From the human T2T-CHM13v2.0 reference genome, Homo sapiens, in assembly GCF_009914755.1 (NCBI RefSeq), contig NC_060929.1: DNA of 64,000 nucleotides; one strand, given 5' to 3'. The position numbers and the translations under genes are program-made. Positions 1 to 12,499 of the stretch are shown here, one piece after another. Below the pieces are notes generated by a model. The model saw only the letters and a program-made list of their open reading frames with translations. It did no database searches and had not been told where the DNA came from. Position 1 is the first letter of the stretch, and each line of letters opens with the position of its first letter.

Positions 1-54
1 GTGGCAACAATATAAAAACTATGTGCATTTTCTTGAGCCTGAAAAAAATTAAAT

Positions 55-350
55 TTTATTTCAGAGACAGGGTCTGACTCTGTTGCCCAGGCTGGAGTGC
101 AGCAATACAGTCATAGTTCACTGCAGCCTCAAACGCCTGGGCTCAAGTGATCCTAATGTCTCAGCCTCCAGCCTCTTCTGTAGCTGGGACTACAGGCATG
201 CACCCTCACCACGCCTGGCTTTTTTTTTTTTTTTTTTTTTTTGTAGAGATGAGATCTCGCCAAGCTGGTCTCAAACTCCTGTCCTCAAATGATCCTCCCA
301 CCTTGGCCTCCCAAAGCACTGGGATTACAGGTGTGAGCCACTGTGCCCTG
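55..350 (-). mobile_element. Alu SINE (AluJ-like)
   Basis: Reverse-orientation Alu: gagacagggtctgactctgttgcccaggctggagtgcag ... T-rich linker ... ctcccaaagcactgggattacaggtgtgagccactgtgcc; diverged, J-type wording (ctcaagtgatcct). Confidence 0.9.
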
Positions 351-835
351 ACAAAATTTAATGTTAGACAAAATTTTAATTTGTGGGAAATTCACATTAT
401 TTAAAATTTTATGCTTAGATATGTGATTGATATTTTATAACACACTAGTACAATGTAGTCTCTTTTTTTGTAAAATGTAACTAGCACTGCATATGAATCA
501 ATCAAAAGGGAAAACAAAATATTAACAATGGAAAGACAGGGTTAAACATGACTTTTACTTCTTTATATAGCTCTTTTGGAGTGTAATTACCAAATTACAT
601 AAATGAAAACATTTTATTAAATGCTGGCTGAATAAATAAAATTAAATGGAATTTTAAAGTAGCATTACTAGGATAATCAGTATATTACATTTTGTGAAAT
701 ACACACACACGCATGCACACGCTCACAACATGTATTGAGAAATAAGTCACTTTTTAACCTTTTGGATATGTTCTTCACAATGAAGTTAAGGCATTGAATG
801 CTTCACTATTAAATATTATAATCATTATAATCTTT

Positions 836-1129
836 TTTTTTTTTTTTTTGAGACAGAGTCTTGCTCTGTCACCCAGGCTGGAGCGCAGTGATGTGATCTC
901 AGCTCGCTGCAAGCTCCACCTCCTGGGCTCATGCCATTCTCCTGCCTCAGCCTCCTGAGTAGCTGGGACTACAGGTGCCCACCACCACGCCTGGCTAATT
1001 TTTTGTATTTTTGATAGAGATGGGGTTTCACCGTTTAGCCAGGATGGTCTTGATCTCCTGACCTCATGATCCGCCCACCTGGGCCTCCCAAAGTGCTGGG
1101 ATTACAGGTGTGAGTCACTGCGCCTGGCC
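836..1129 (-). mobile_element. Alu SINE (AluY-like) with 16-bp TSD
   Basis: Full dimer with poly-T at left; Y-type diagnostics (gcaagctcc, gccattctcc, ttagccaggatggtc); TSD aatcattataatcttt at 820-835 and 1130-1145. Confidence 0.95.
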
Positions 1130-1657
1130 AATCATTATAATCTTTAATATTTATGAATTATTTCCCCTACTTTAATTTCCACAATGAGTTTTCAAAGTAA
1201 AAGAGTTATACCAGGGAATACCAGTTCTAGTGTGGATGTCAATGATATTATATTTCCTGAACAAAAAATGTTGGCATGCTATATTCATTATTTTCTTTCC
1301 AGTGATGTCATCTACCTATATAGAAATATACAAATTGCTAAAAAAAAATCTAATTGTACAAATTATATTTGCACACACATGCCTATCTACGGAAACTCAG
1401 CCCGATGTGCAAAAATTCTTAGAATCTAAGGCTTTGAAATGTATTAGGTGATATTCTATTTTAACGCTTATTCTTTTTGTCATACTGAAGAGAAGACAGA
1501 AACATATACTACTGATCACAGACGACTTCATAAAGAAGTTGGGAATACGGCAGAAACGGACTTGGGGAAAATTAATCAATTGGGGGGATTCGTTTCCAGG
1601 AAAACTCTACCACTCACCCACTAGAGTATCACCTGGAGATCAAGAAATCCCACACTT

Positions 1658-1953
1658 GGCTGGGGTGGTGGCTGACGCTTGTAATTCGAGCACTTTGGGA
1701 GGCCGAGGTGGGCGGATCACTTGAGGTCAGGAGTCGGACACCAGCTTGGCCAACATGTTGAAACCCCCCATCTCTACTAAAAATACAAAAAGTTAGCCGG
1801 GCCTGGTGGCGTGCAGGTATGGTCCCAGCTACTTTGCAGGCTGAGGCAGGAGAATCGCTTGAACCTGGGAGGCAGAGGTTGTAGTGAGCTGAGATCGGCA
1901 CTGCAACCTAGCCTGGCGACAGAGCGAGACTCTGTCTCAAAAAAAAAAAAAAA
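1658..1953 (+). mobile_element. Alu SINE (AluS-like)
   Basis: ggctggggtggtggctgacgcttgtaat ... gactctgtctc(A)n; flanked by cccacactt on both sides (TSD core). Confidence 0.93.
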
Positions 1954-3380
1954 GACCCCACACTTAAAATTTGCCCCCATTCTAGTGTGATCCTGGATGT
2001 GCTTGGAAACACCCAACTGTACACTTAACAGTGCCAGTGTCTCTCCACTACATGTTCTTAGCAGGCTTCTTGATTTTGGACTGCAGAAGAATCATGGCTG
2101 TGGCTGCGATTCTGATTCTCAGCTAGAAATGTGTGTTTGTCAATACTCTGGGAAATCTTTGGTTTCACCCAGACAGTGTGATGCAACAGCATTGGAATTA
2201 GTTTTAAAAATCCATGATTTGCACAAAAGCAGAGGACATTCAGACAAATCCCTAGGCAAAGAAAATTTTTCTCTCTTTCAGTTCCTCCCTATATGCAAAC
2301 CTACATATCTACCCTATTTTCTCATAGTCCTATCCTGGATCTAACATCTATTCTTGATTAAATGACTCCTGTGATTTTTGTTTGTTTGTTTTTTTCAGTA
2401 GTCAGGAGCACAAACTTCCTTATCAAACATTCTCTTTTCTTTATACAGTCAGGTTGTTCTATTGCTTTCTCTTTCTTCTGCTTCTACTAAATGCTTGTCT
2501 TGTGATTGAATGAGAAGGATATCTCCAATTAAACGCTCTCATTAATGATGTTTAGTGTTATGCTTACAATTTGCATAGCACAAATGTATACTTCAGTGAC
2601 GTTTTTCTTCAGTGTTCATCTTTCACTCCTTTAACTCCCACATGCATATATATGGAGTGTATGTAGGTATATATATGTATAGGAACATACATGTATGTAT
2701 GTATATGTAGGAGTACTTATATATATGTATATAGGAATTAAAGGAGTCGAAGATGAGTATATATGAAATATATAAAGATATATATATCTTTAGATATAGA
2801 GATATAAAGATATAAAGATTTTATATATATGTATATTTTATATGTAAAGATATAAAAATTTTATATCTATATATGGATATTTTATATCTATATATGTATA
2901 TATACATATATAGATATAAAGATTTTATATCTATATATGTATATTTTATATATATGAAGATATAAAGATTTTATATCTATATATGTATATTTTATATATA
3001 TTTATACATATTTTATATTTTATATATATTATATATAATTATATATATTTTATATAAATAATTATATTTTTTTATTTTATATATATTACATATATATTTT
3101 ATTTTATATATTTATATTTTTATATATTTTTATTTTATATATTATATATATTTTTTATATTTTATATATATTTTAATATATAAAATATATAAATATATGT
3201 AAATATATAAAATATATAAAAATATATTTTAATATTAAAATATATAAAAATATATTTTAATATTAAAATATATAAAAATATATTTTAATATAAATATATA
3301 AAAATATATTTTAATATAAATATATAAAAATATATTTTAATATAAAATATATATAAATATATTTTAATATAAAATATATA

Positions 3381-4060
3381 TACATATATATTTTAATATA
3401 CAGAATATATATACATATATATTTTAATATACAGAATATATATACATATATATTTTAATATACAGAATATATATACATATATATTTTAATATACAGAATA
3501 TATATACATATATATTTTAATATACAGAATATATATACATATATATTTTAATATACAGAATATATATACATATATATTTTAATATACAGAATATATATAC
3601 ATATATATTTTAATATACAGAATATATATACATATATATTTTAATATACAGAATATATATAAATATATATTTTAATATACAGAATATATATAAATATATA
3701 TTTTAATATACAGAATATATATAAATATATATTTTAATATACAGAATATATATAAATATATATTTTAATATACAGAATATATATAAATATATATTTTAAT
3801 ATACAGAATATATATAAATATATATTTTAATATACAGAATATATATAAATATATATTTTAATATACAGAATATATATAAATATATATTTTAATATACAGA
3901 ATATATATAAATATATATTTTAATATACAGAATATATATAAATATATATTTTAATATACAGAATATATATAAATATATATTTTAATATACAGAATATATA
4001 TAAATATATATTTTAATATACAGAATATATATAAATATATATTTTAATATACAGAATATA
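3381..4060. repeat. 31-bp VNTR, ~22 copies (ta[c/a]atatatattttaatatacagaatatata)
   Basis: Exact 31-bp periodicity; first ~9 units carry C, later units carry A at the variable position (switch at ~3661). Confidence 0.93.
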
Positions 4061-4229
4061 AAATATATATAAACATATATCATATATAAAATATATGACA
4101 TATATTTTATATATATGATATATGATATATAAAAATATATGATACATATTTTATATATATAAAATATATCCTATATATATCTTACATATAAAATATCATA
4201 TATATCTTATATATAAAATATATAAGATA

Positions 4230-4480
4230 TATATGATATATATCTTATATATAAAATATATAAGATATATGATATGTATCTTATATATAAAATATAAGAT
4301 ATATATCTTATATATAAAATATATGATATATATCTTATATATAAAATATATGATATATATCTTATATATAAAATATATGATATATACCTTATATATAAAA
4401 TATATGATATATACCTTATATATAAAATATATATGATATATATCTTATATATAAAATATATATGATATATATCTTATATA
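4230..4480. repeat. ~27-bp tandem repeat (atatgatatatatcttatatataaaat)
   Basis: About 8-9 imperfect copies read directly. Confidence 0.85.
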
Positions 4481-4644
4481 AAATATATAATATATATCTA
4501 TATATGATAGATATATATCATATAGATATATAAGATATATATCTATATATAAGATACGTAGATATATATATATGATATATAGATATATCATATATAAAAT
4601 ATTAGAGATATATCTTATATATGAATATATAAGATATATATAAA

Positions 4645-4990
4645 GATATATACATCTTTCCATACAAAATATAGAAAGATGTATACATCTTTCCATACAA
4701 AATATAGAAAGATGTATACATCTTTCCATACAAAATATAGAAAGATGTATACATCTTTCCATACAAAATATAGAAAGATGTATACATCTTTCCATACAAA
4801 ATATAGAAAGATGTATACATCTTTCCATACAAAATATAGAAAGATGTATACATCTTTCCATATAAAATATAGAAAGATGTATACGTCTTTCTATATAAAA
4901 TATAGAAAGATGTATACATCTTTCCATATAAAATATAGAAAGACGTATACATCTTTATATATAAAATATAGAAAGATGTATACATCTTTA
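4645..4990. repeat. 33-bp VNTR, ~10 copies, each with a 20-bp palindrome
   Basis: Unit atagaaagatgtatacatctttccatacaaaat; gaaagatgtatacatctttc is its own reverse complement. Confidence 0.93.
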
Positions 4991-5199
4991 TATATAATGG
5001 TCCTTTATATATAAAGGGCCATTTGAATCAATCAGAAAAAAAGTACTATCTATGATTGAGTGAAATTTCAAGACATAATTTTATGATATGAATATAATTT
5101 GAGTTGATTCAAACTAACTCAGATTAATGAAATTATCAACATTACAGTTAGTTTATTAAGTAGAGTGACACAATGGGCAAAATTGTGTAGAAGCAATTT

Positions 5200-5600
5200 A
5201 ACTGTGTATTTGAGTGTTCAGATCTTCTAGAGGTTGAAGTCAAAATGTTGGCTGCAATGAATTGAAGGCTGGATTGGAGCTGCAGGATCAGTTTCTAAAC
5301 TTGCTAATGTGCCTGCCTTCCAGAGGCCTCCGTCCCTCAACTCGTCAGCTTTTTCATGTGGCCTCTCAGGCCCAGAGCAAGTTATACCAGTAAGAGTGAA
5401 TGAGAGAGTGAAGGAGAGAGAATGCTCAAGATACCACTCCGCCTTTCATGGCCTAGTCGTGGAGTCAGACATCACTTGTTTTATATTAATAAAAGAATTT
5501 GCTTTATCAAGTCTTCACTCATTAAAAGGGATTGCAAAAGGACTTGAATTCCAAGAGGCAGGGATCTATAGGGGTTATACTGAAAGCTGGCTACCATGCC
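5200..5600 (-). mobile_element. Old MaLR LTR fragment (MLT1-like)
   Basis: Motifs gaagtcaaaatgttggctg..., ggctggattggagctgcaggatc, cttttcatgtggcctctc resemble reverse MLT1 consensus; heavily diverged. Confidence 0.5.
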
Positions 5601-5861
5601 AGGGACTTCTTTCTATTTACCAAAGTTATTGAATATTAACTTTTTATATTATACATATTTCATATGGTACTTTAAACTTTTTTAAATATTGAACCACACA
5701 TTTTCTTTGATTTTACATGTAATCATTCATTTTCTAAATAATGAGAGATTTTCTCTTGCTTATACATACATATATATATATATGCCATTATCTTTTATCC
5801 TCACCCCATTGCTTTGCTAATGATGCTATCTAATAGTGTAGAGGAAAGATAACAGTGAGAA

Positions 5862-6253
5862 ACCTCTTTGCTTTTTTCTTGATTTTACTGGCAGTTGCTC
5901 TGGTAGTTTACTATTAATTACGTCAGTGTGGGTATTTTTTTTTTGTAAATATCCTTTGTCAAGATTACTCTAGATCAAGAGTTTCTTTGTACATCTAATT
6001 TATTGTTTCAGATGAATAGGTGTTGGATACTTCTAATACCTATTGAGATAGCAATATTGTTTTTCTTATTAGTTTAGTCATCAAATATTTACTGAGTGGA
6101 CATCATGGATAAAGCACTCTTAGCTAACAGGGTAAAGTGAATAAAGCTGTTAATTACCCTGTGTAATTGGGCAAATAGTGCATCGCACTAACTTTTTATG
6201 AATTTTGCCATGATATTTATTCAGTCATAACATATATACATATAGATATATGT
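5862..6253 (+). repeat. Donor arm of 391/392-bp inverted duplication
   Basis: Reverse complement matches 7201-7591 except one CpG-type transition and one base in a T/A homopolymer. Confidence 0.97.
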
Positions 6254-6434
6254 TCAAATTTGTTAAAGATGTCACTATTCAAGATTTTTTTTCCTTTTAT
6301 ATACACCTAGTTTGTAAAATCAGCTTGTTAATCTCCAAAAATGTTCTATGTTCTTGATCAGTTGCTAGCAATTATTTATTCCTTGGTTAGGCAGAATTCA
6401 TTTGGTAATTCTTCTGGATGGATCTTTGGCTGCT

Positions 6435-7147
6435 GTAATGGCTAATTTTATCTGCCAGCTTGACTGCCCAAACATTTCATGAAACATAATTCTGGGTGCG
6501 TCTGTGAGAGTGCTTCTGGATAGCATTAACATTTGACCTTCAGTAGGTGATAGGTAAAATCAACTATGGTACATCTATACCATAGATTACTACCCAGTAA
6601 TAAAAAGAAATAAATTAGTGACAAACGCAACAACTTTTGATGGATCTCAGGAAATTATTTTTAGTGAAAAGGTCAGTCTTGAAATATTACATACTACATA
6701 ATCAATTTAAATATTGTTTTTGAAATGACAAAATTATAGAATAGAAAACAGATTCAAGATTGCCAGGTATTAGGTATAGGAAATGAGAAGAGGAAGTGAG
6801 GTGCTGTTGTAAAAGGATGCAGGAGGATACTTTGTAATGAAACTGTCCTGTATCTTGATGTGAAGTCTTCCCAAATTGCAGAAGGAAGTAGGTTGCATGC
6901 GGGTGCAGGTAATGATAGATAGTCAATGTTAGCATCGGGGAGAAACTGGGTCAAGTGTGTATGAAGCCTCTGTGTATTATATTTTACATCTGCATATGAA
7001 TCTACAGTTATGTCAAAATGAAAAGCTTTAAAAAGGATACAAAAAGGAATTGGTTTTCTGAATAAAGTAGATCGTTCTTCCTAATGGGTGAACCTCATCC
7101 AATCAATTGAAGGGCTGAATAGAAGGAATAGGTGATTTCTCTCCCTG
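6435..7147 (+). mobile_element. MLT2 (ERVL) LTR, split by an L1M fragment
   Basis: Begins tgtaatggctaattttatctgccagcttgactg, ...gtgcgtctgtgagagtgcttctgga...; resumes ~7050 with aacctcatccaatcaattgaagggctgaataga. Confidence 0.7.
6536..7035 (+). mobile_element. Old L1M (L1MC/L1MD-like) 3' end fragment
   Basis: ctatggtacatctataccatagattactacccagtaataaaaagaaa ... aactgtcctgtatcttga ... gaatctacagttatgtcaaaatgaaaag are typical of old L1 3' ends. Confidence 0.7.
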
Positions 7148-8433
7148 TTTTAGTAGTTATCGGTGTTTATTGTTTCCATCTTTATGTCCAGTTGTACTGG
7201 ACATATATCTATATGTATATATGTTATGACTGAATAAATATCATGGCAAAATTCATAAAAAGTTAGTGTGATGCACTATTTGCCCAATTACACAGGGTAA
7301 TTAACAGCTTTATTCACTTTACCCTGTTAGCTAAGAGTGCTTTATCCATGATGTCCACTCAGTAAATATTTGATGACTAAACTAATAAGAAAAACAATAT
7401 TGCTATCTCAATAGGTATTAGAAGTATCCAACACCTATTCATCTGAAACAATAAATTAGATGTACAAAGAAACTCTTGATCTAGAGTAATCTTGACAAAG
7501 GATATTTACAAAAAAAAATACCCACACTGACGTAATTAATAGTAAACTACCAGAGCAACTGCCAGTAAAATCAAGAAAAAAGCAAAGAGGTATTTAGCTC
7601 TCACTTATAAGTGAGAATATTCTAAATTCTCAAAGGCAATTGCAACAAAAACAAAAAGTGACAAGTGGGACTAACTAAACTAGCATTTCTGCACAGCAAA
7701 AGAAACTATCAACAGGTTAAACAGACAATCCATAGAATGGGAAAAAATATTCACAAACTCTGCATCCAACAAAGGTCTAGTATCCAGAATCTAAAAGAAA
7801 CTTGAGCAAATGAACAAGCAAAAAACAAGTAAGTCCATTAAAAACTGTCTTCTCAAAAAAAGACATACAAATGGCCCAAAAACATAAAAAAATGCTCATC
7901 ACTAATTATCACAGAAGTGCAAATCAAAACCACAATCAATACCATCTCACACCAGTCAGAATGAGTATTATTAAAAAGTCAAAAAAATAAAAGAAGCTGA
8001 TGAGGCCACAGAGAAAAGGGAACAACACTTACACACTGTTGATGGGAATGTAAATTAACTCAGCCACTGAGGAAAGCAGTATGCAGATGTCTCAAGGAAT
8101 GCAAAACAGAAGTACTGTTTGACCCAGCAATCCTATTATTGTGTATATCCCATTACTGTGTATATACACAAACAAAAATAAATCATTCTACCAGAAAGGC
8201 CATACATTCGTCTGTTCATTGTGGCACTATTCACAATACCAAAGACATGAAAAAATCCTATTTGCCCATCAACAGTAGATTGGATAAAGAAAACACGGTA
8301 CATGTTTACCATGGAATACTACACAACCATAAAAAGAATGAAATCATGTCTTTTACAGCAACATACATGCAGCTGGAGGCCATTATCCTAAGAGAATTAA
8401 TGCAGAAACAGAAAACCAAATTCTACATGTTCT
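7148..8433 (-). mobile_element. L1PB-like fragment with 5' inversion (minus segment ~7148-7620, inverted segment ~7621-8433), interrupted by the 391-bp insertion
   Basis: 7148-7200 plus 7592-7620 form a contiguous reverse L1 3'UTR (tttatgtcca..tgtact..atttagctctcacttataagtgagaatat). 7621-8433 is forward L1 ORF2 end/3'UTR ending ...aaccaaattctacatgttctc, the point where the minus segment starts. Confidence 0.85.
7201..7591 (-). repeat. Inverted copy of 5862-6253 inserted into L1
   Basis: Base-by-base reverse-complement comparison; host L1 sequence continues on both sides. Confidence 0.97.
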
Positions 8434-10150
8434 CTTTTTCTTCCGCCTTTGGAAACGTTTCTCTGGGTTGAAAGGGATTTTTTTTTTTTTTAAAATTAAT
8501 GCCCCTAACAAACAATAATAAAACCTTTATGGCGTGTAAATGCAATCTTTTATTCTTTTTTATCTTACGTTAATGTAGTCTTCCCAAAGTGTAGAAGGAA
8601 GTAGATTGCATGGGGGTGCAGGTAATGATAGATAGTCAATTTTGCAATGCTAGAACTTTTTTTGTTTCTTGGATCAAGATTCAAAAATATGGCTTAATGT
8701 ATTGTGAATTTCTCTTCTCTTTTCCTCCTTTTCATCTAAAGGATTTCTTTTGTTGTTTTTGATTTTTCTTTGCCCTCATGGTCCCTGTCCTGCTCATGTT
8801 CAACACTATTTTCTTTAGAATGAGATTCTCCTGAAAATTTGTTTTGCATTGGATCCTAGAGCTGAGGAGCTATTTTACTAGATCCTCAAATTTCCTTTCC
8901 ACTCACAAATGGAGTAGAGTGTACAAAATCCCTCATCATATCAGTGGCAGATCTTAAATTAGTAACCACCACTTTCCAGTGAGTACCTATTAGGTCTTAT
9001 GGGGTTTTCCCACCTGCAAGTGTACAATTTGCCCATTTACTTCAGTCTTCTTTCTTCTGCACAGCTTCTGATACCATGCAGGTCTTGCAGCTTATGATGT
9101 CGGTGAACATATGCAGTTATTTGTCAATGAGTTATTTTGTTTGTATGTTTAATTACCTTAGTTACTCTGTTTTGGGGTGGAATAAGGGGAAATCAGGGAG
9201 ATTAAAAGATTGAAACACTAAGCTAACACCACTTCTACCTGCCCAGTATCCTCATCAATGGTAGTATTTGGAAATTGGTGTCACTTTCTTCAAAAAATCA
9301 ATAATTACTTCATATTTTATACCCTTCTCCTAACTTCTCCTTTACTGTCTTTTGACAGTGATGTTGTCTGTGTGTGTATAAAAGCTGAAGCTGCTCTGAT
9401 TTTTCCCCCTCTTATAGGAAATGTGATTTTTATACCTGAGAGCAAGAAAACTCTTCTATTCTTAATGTAATTTAAATGCATTTGGCCAATTTCTTTAATT
9501 CGGTTCTGAAATTCAGAGGTATCTCTATATTTTACATATTTTTTTCCACTCCAAATATCTCATTTATTTGCTCTATTTAATATTTTTCTCTTTTTGCTTT
9601 ATTATTTTCTTAAGCAGTTTTCTAGTTCAGTGACTACGTTTTTGGTGCTAATGATTTAATTATGATTGTTTCTGATGTGATTTAAATCACTGCTGCTTTT
9701 TATTATAACTTAATTTATTCTATAATCTCAGCTCATTTATCATATCCTGCTGTGGTTTTATCAAAATTAAGATTATTTTACGATGTTTATGTGGTCTGTC
9801 TTAACAGATAGTTGTTAAAGGATATGTTTTGTTTAAAGTAAAATTCCAGTTTTTATATAAATTGAACAAATGTCAAAAGTTTTAGTTAACTTATTAATTA
9901 ATAAGAGAACCAGTAATATGTTACAACTGGCTCAACAGAGATTTCAAAACACACACACTGGAACAAACACACACACACACTCCATCCTTTGTGCTGAAAT
10001 AAATTTACAAATAAATAAAAAATTTAAAAAATTTTTCAAACATTGGAAAAGATCAGAAAGTATTGACTTAATGTTTTCTATTTCTTAAAAAAATTCTTTA
10101 AAAAATTATATTTCTTAAAAAAATTCTTAAAAAAAACTCATTCTTCCTAA

Positions 10151-10327
10151 TTTCTTGTCTTAAAAAATATACACATATAAAAATATATATTTTAATACAC
10201 TATATATTTTCTTGTCTTAAATATATATTCATATGTAAGTATATATAAAACTATATATATTTAAGACAAGCATATATATAGTGTATTAAAATATCTATCT
10301 ATGTATATATATATTTAAGATAAGAAA
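10151..10327. repeat. Imperfect AT-rich palindrome (~180 bp)
   Basis: ttttaatacactatatattttcttgtcttaaatatatat pairs with atatatatttaagacaagcatatatatagtgtattaaaa; outer tttcttgtcttaaa pairs with tttaagataagaaa. Confidence 0.8.
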
Positions 10328-11557
10328 ATAGATATAGTGTATTCCATGTTGATTGGGATAGGAATTCATTAAATAATGATATTCTCTCTCCATATTTTAC
10401 ATTAATTACTCAAAATGTTTAGGTTGTTTTAACTGTGTTCCAATTTTATTTCATTTTAATAGATTTCAGAGAGAGAGAGGAGGCAAAACCCCTCTACTTT
10501 TTTATCTTTTAAACCAATATGTAACTGGTTAAACAGTCTTATATTGTAAAGACAGCAGCCTATAAAAAGGTTTGCTTTCCATTTAATGTTTTTACAAAGC
10601 TAATTTTACCATTAGCTTTTTACTCGTCATTGGAAGAACAGCCCAACTATTGAATATATGACCATGGCTTTTATTTCACCAGAAAATGTGTATTTTGTTA
10701 GAAACAATAAAAATTGCGCAAAGATGCTATTGGAGTTGAATCGGAACCTTTCAGGACTGCCTGTAAAAAAATAGTCTTTCATTTAAAAATAATAATTCTC
10801 TTCTTATTTAAGTGATATAGGTCTTTGGGATTTACAGCTTTGATTACTCCTAAAGAGGAAAAGTCCCTTGGATTATTTGGCGTGGAGGGAATAATTCAAA
10901 TTTTTAGATAAGGCAGTACCTACTTCTTTAGCTGCTGAGTAAGAGTTGGGAGGGCACCTTGAATTTTGAAGGGGGCATAGAGATAAATACAACAGACTAC
11001 TTTTCTCTAGAAGTGTACATAGTAATTTTATTTTCCCTTACCCACTCCAGCCTACAATTTCAGTTTGGTTCATGACTAGAAATATATTTACAGATTCACA
11101 GAGTCTACAGATAAAACAGATTTATTCAATTGCACTGCACATTTAATATCTGCTACACCAAAGTATTTATACTCTATCAGAGAAAAACACTTACAGGAGT
11201 TGTTCAGAGAGCTTTGAATCACAAAGTTTTAGAACATTTGGATTATGTGGATTAAAAAATATATTTTTATATGTTCAGTAAAATAAAATCCCAAAAGCCA
11301 TTTTCCTACCCTAAATAAATGTTTTCCAAGATTCATAGATAATTTCTAAACACAGCAATGCTACTATACCTCCTTTTACTATGAAGAAGCACCTGCTAAT
11401 TTTTGCAGGAGAAAAGGAAATAACTCAAGGTGATTTGGGATCATGCAGTAACAACTGAAAGTGAATAAAATATTACTTCTTTGAAATCAAAAGGGATAGC
11501 TGATTTACATACATGCACACACACCAAAAAATATTTTTAAAATCATATAAAATCTAA

Positions 11558-11856
<299 letters not shown>

Positions 11857-12499
11857 AAAATCTAATTTATTACTGCAGAAGATTGAATATCCCTTCAAAT
11901 ATATGTTTTTACATTGTTCTTTTACACATCAGTTGAATTTAAAGTTCTACAGTTACATATCTGATTCTTAAAAGCTTTGTACATTTATATTACATTTCAC
12001 TTTGATCAATCATTTGAATTAAACAAATTGATGTATTAGCAATACGTCTTTGAAATCAGTAAAATAGAATCGTATGGAAAGATACAGCTATAGGTCAAGA
12101 AAACACACGCACATGCATGCACACACACAAAAACACACACGAATACACATTCATTCTCACATTATTTAGTTTGGCTCCAACTGTACCACACAGCAGCAAC
12201 AAAAATTGAAAAAGGGTGCTCACGATCATAATGAACACTTTATAGAAACAAGCTCTTCAGAATAGCATATGGTACTTTAATTCAAATGCACTCCAGGATG
12301 AGGAAAGCGCTTCACAATGGAGTATTAGGGAAAATAAATAGCTGTCTAGGGTTCTTTAAGTATAGGAAAAGACATTGGGATAAAAAAAAAAAAAGCTATA
12401 CTGAAACACAGGAGTTACACTAAATGTGTTTTTCCTGCTGGGAAAAAAATGCCTAGGGATATTTTAGTTTAATCAGTTACACACTTAGCTGCACTGGTA

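Larger units (their letters stand above)
2645..5015. repeat. Compound AT-rich low-complexity / minisatellite tract (~2.4 kb)
   Basis: Almost pure A/T with (TA)n cores; contains several distinct tandem units listed separately. Confidence 0.97.

Noticed and set aside
836-1953. Oppositely oriented Alu pair as dsRNA substrate
   Set aside because: Commonplace, different subfamilies, and no evidence of transcription.
83-2016. ORFs such as PRLECS..., SSWDYR...
   Set aside because: Generic Alu translations, also seen at other Alus in the window.
4645-4990. CRISPR-like array of palindromic repeats
   Set aside because: Linkers are 13 bp and nearly identical rather than unique spacers; no cas genes; primate context.
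4445-5014. ORFs of 111-160 aa with 11-aa repeats (MERCIHLSIFC, MYTSFHTKYRK)
   Set aside because: Translation artefacts of a 33-bp minisatellite open on both strands; no promoter, splice or homology support.
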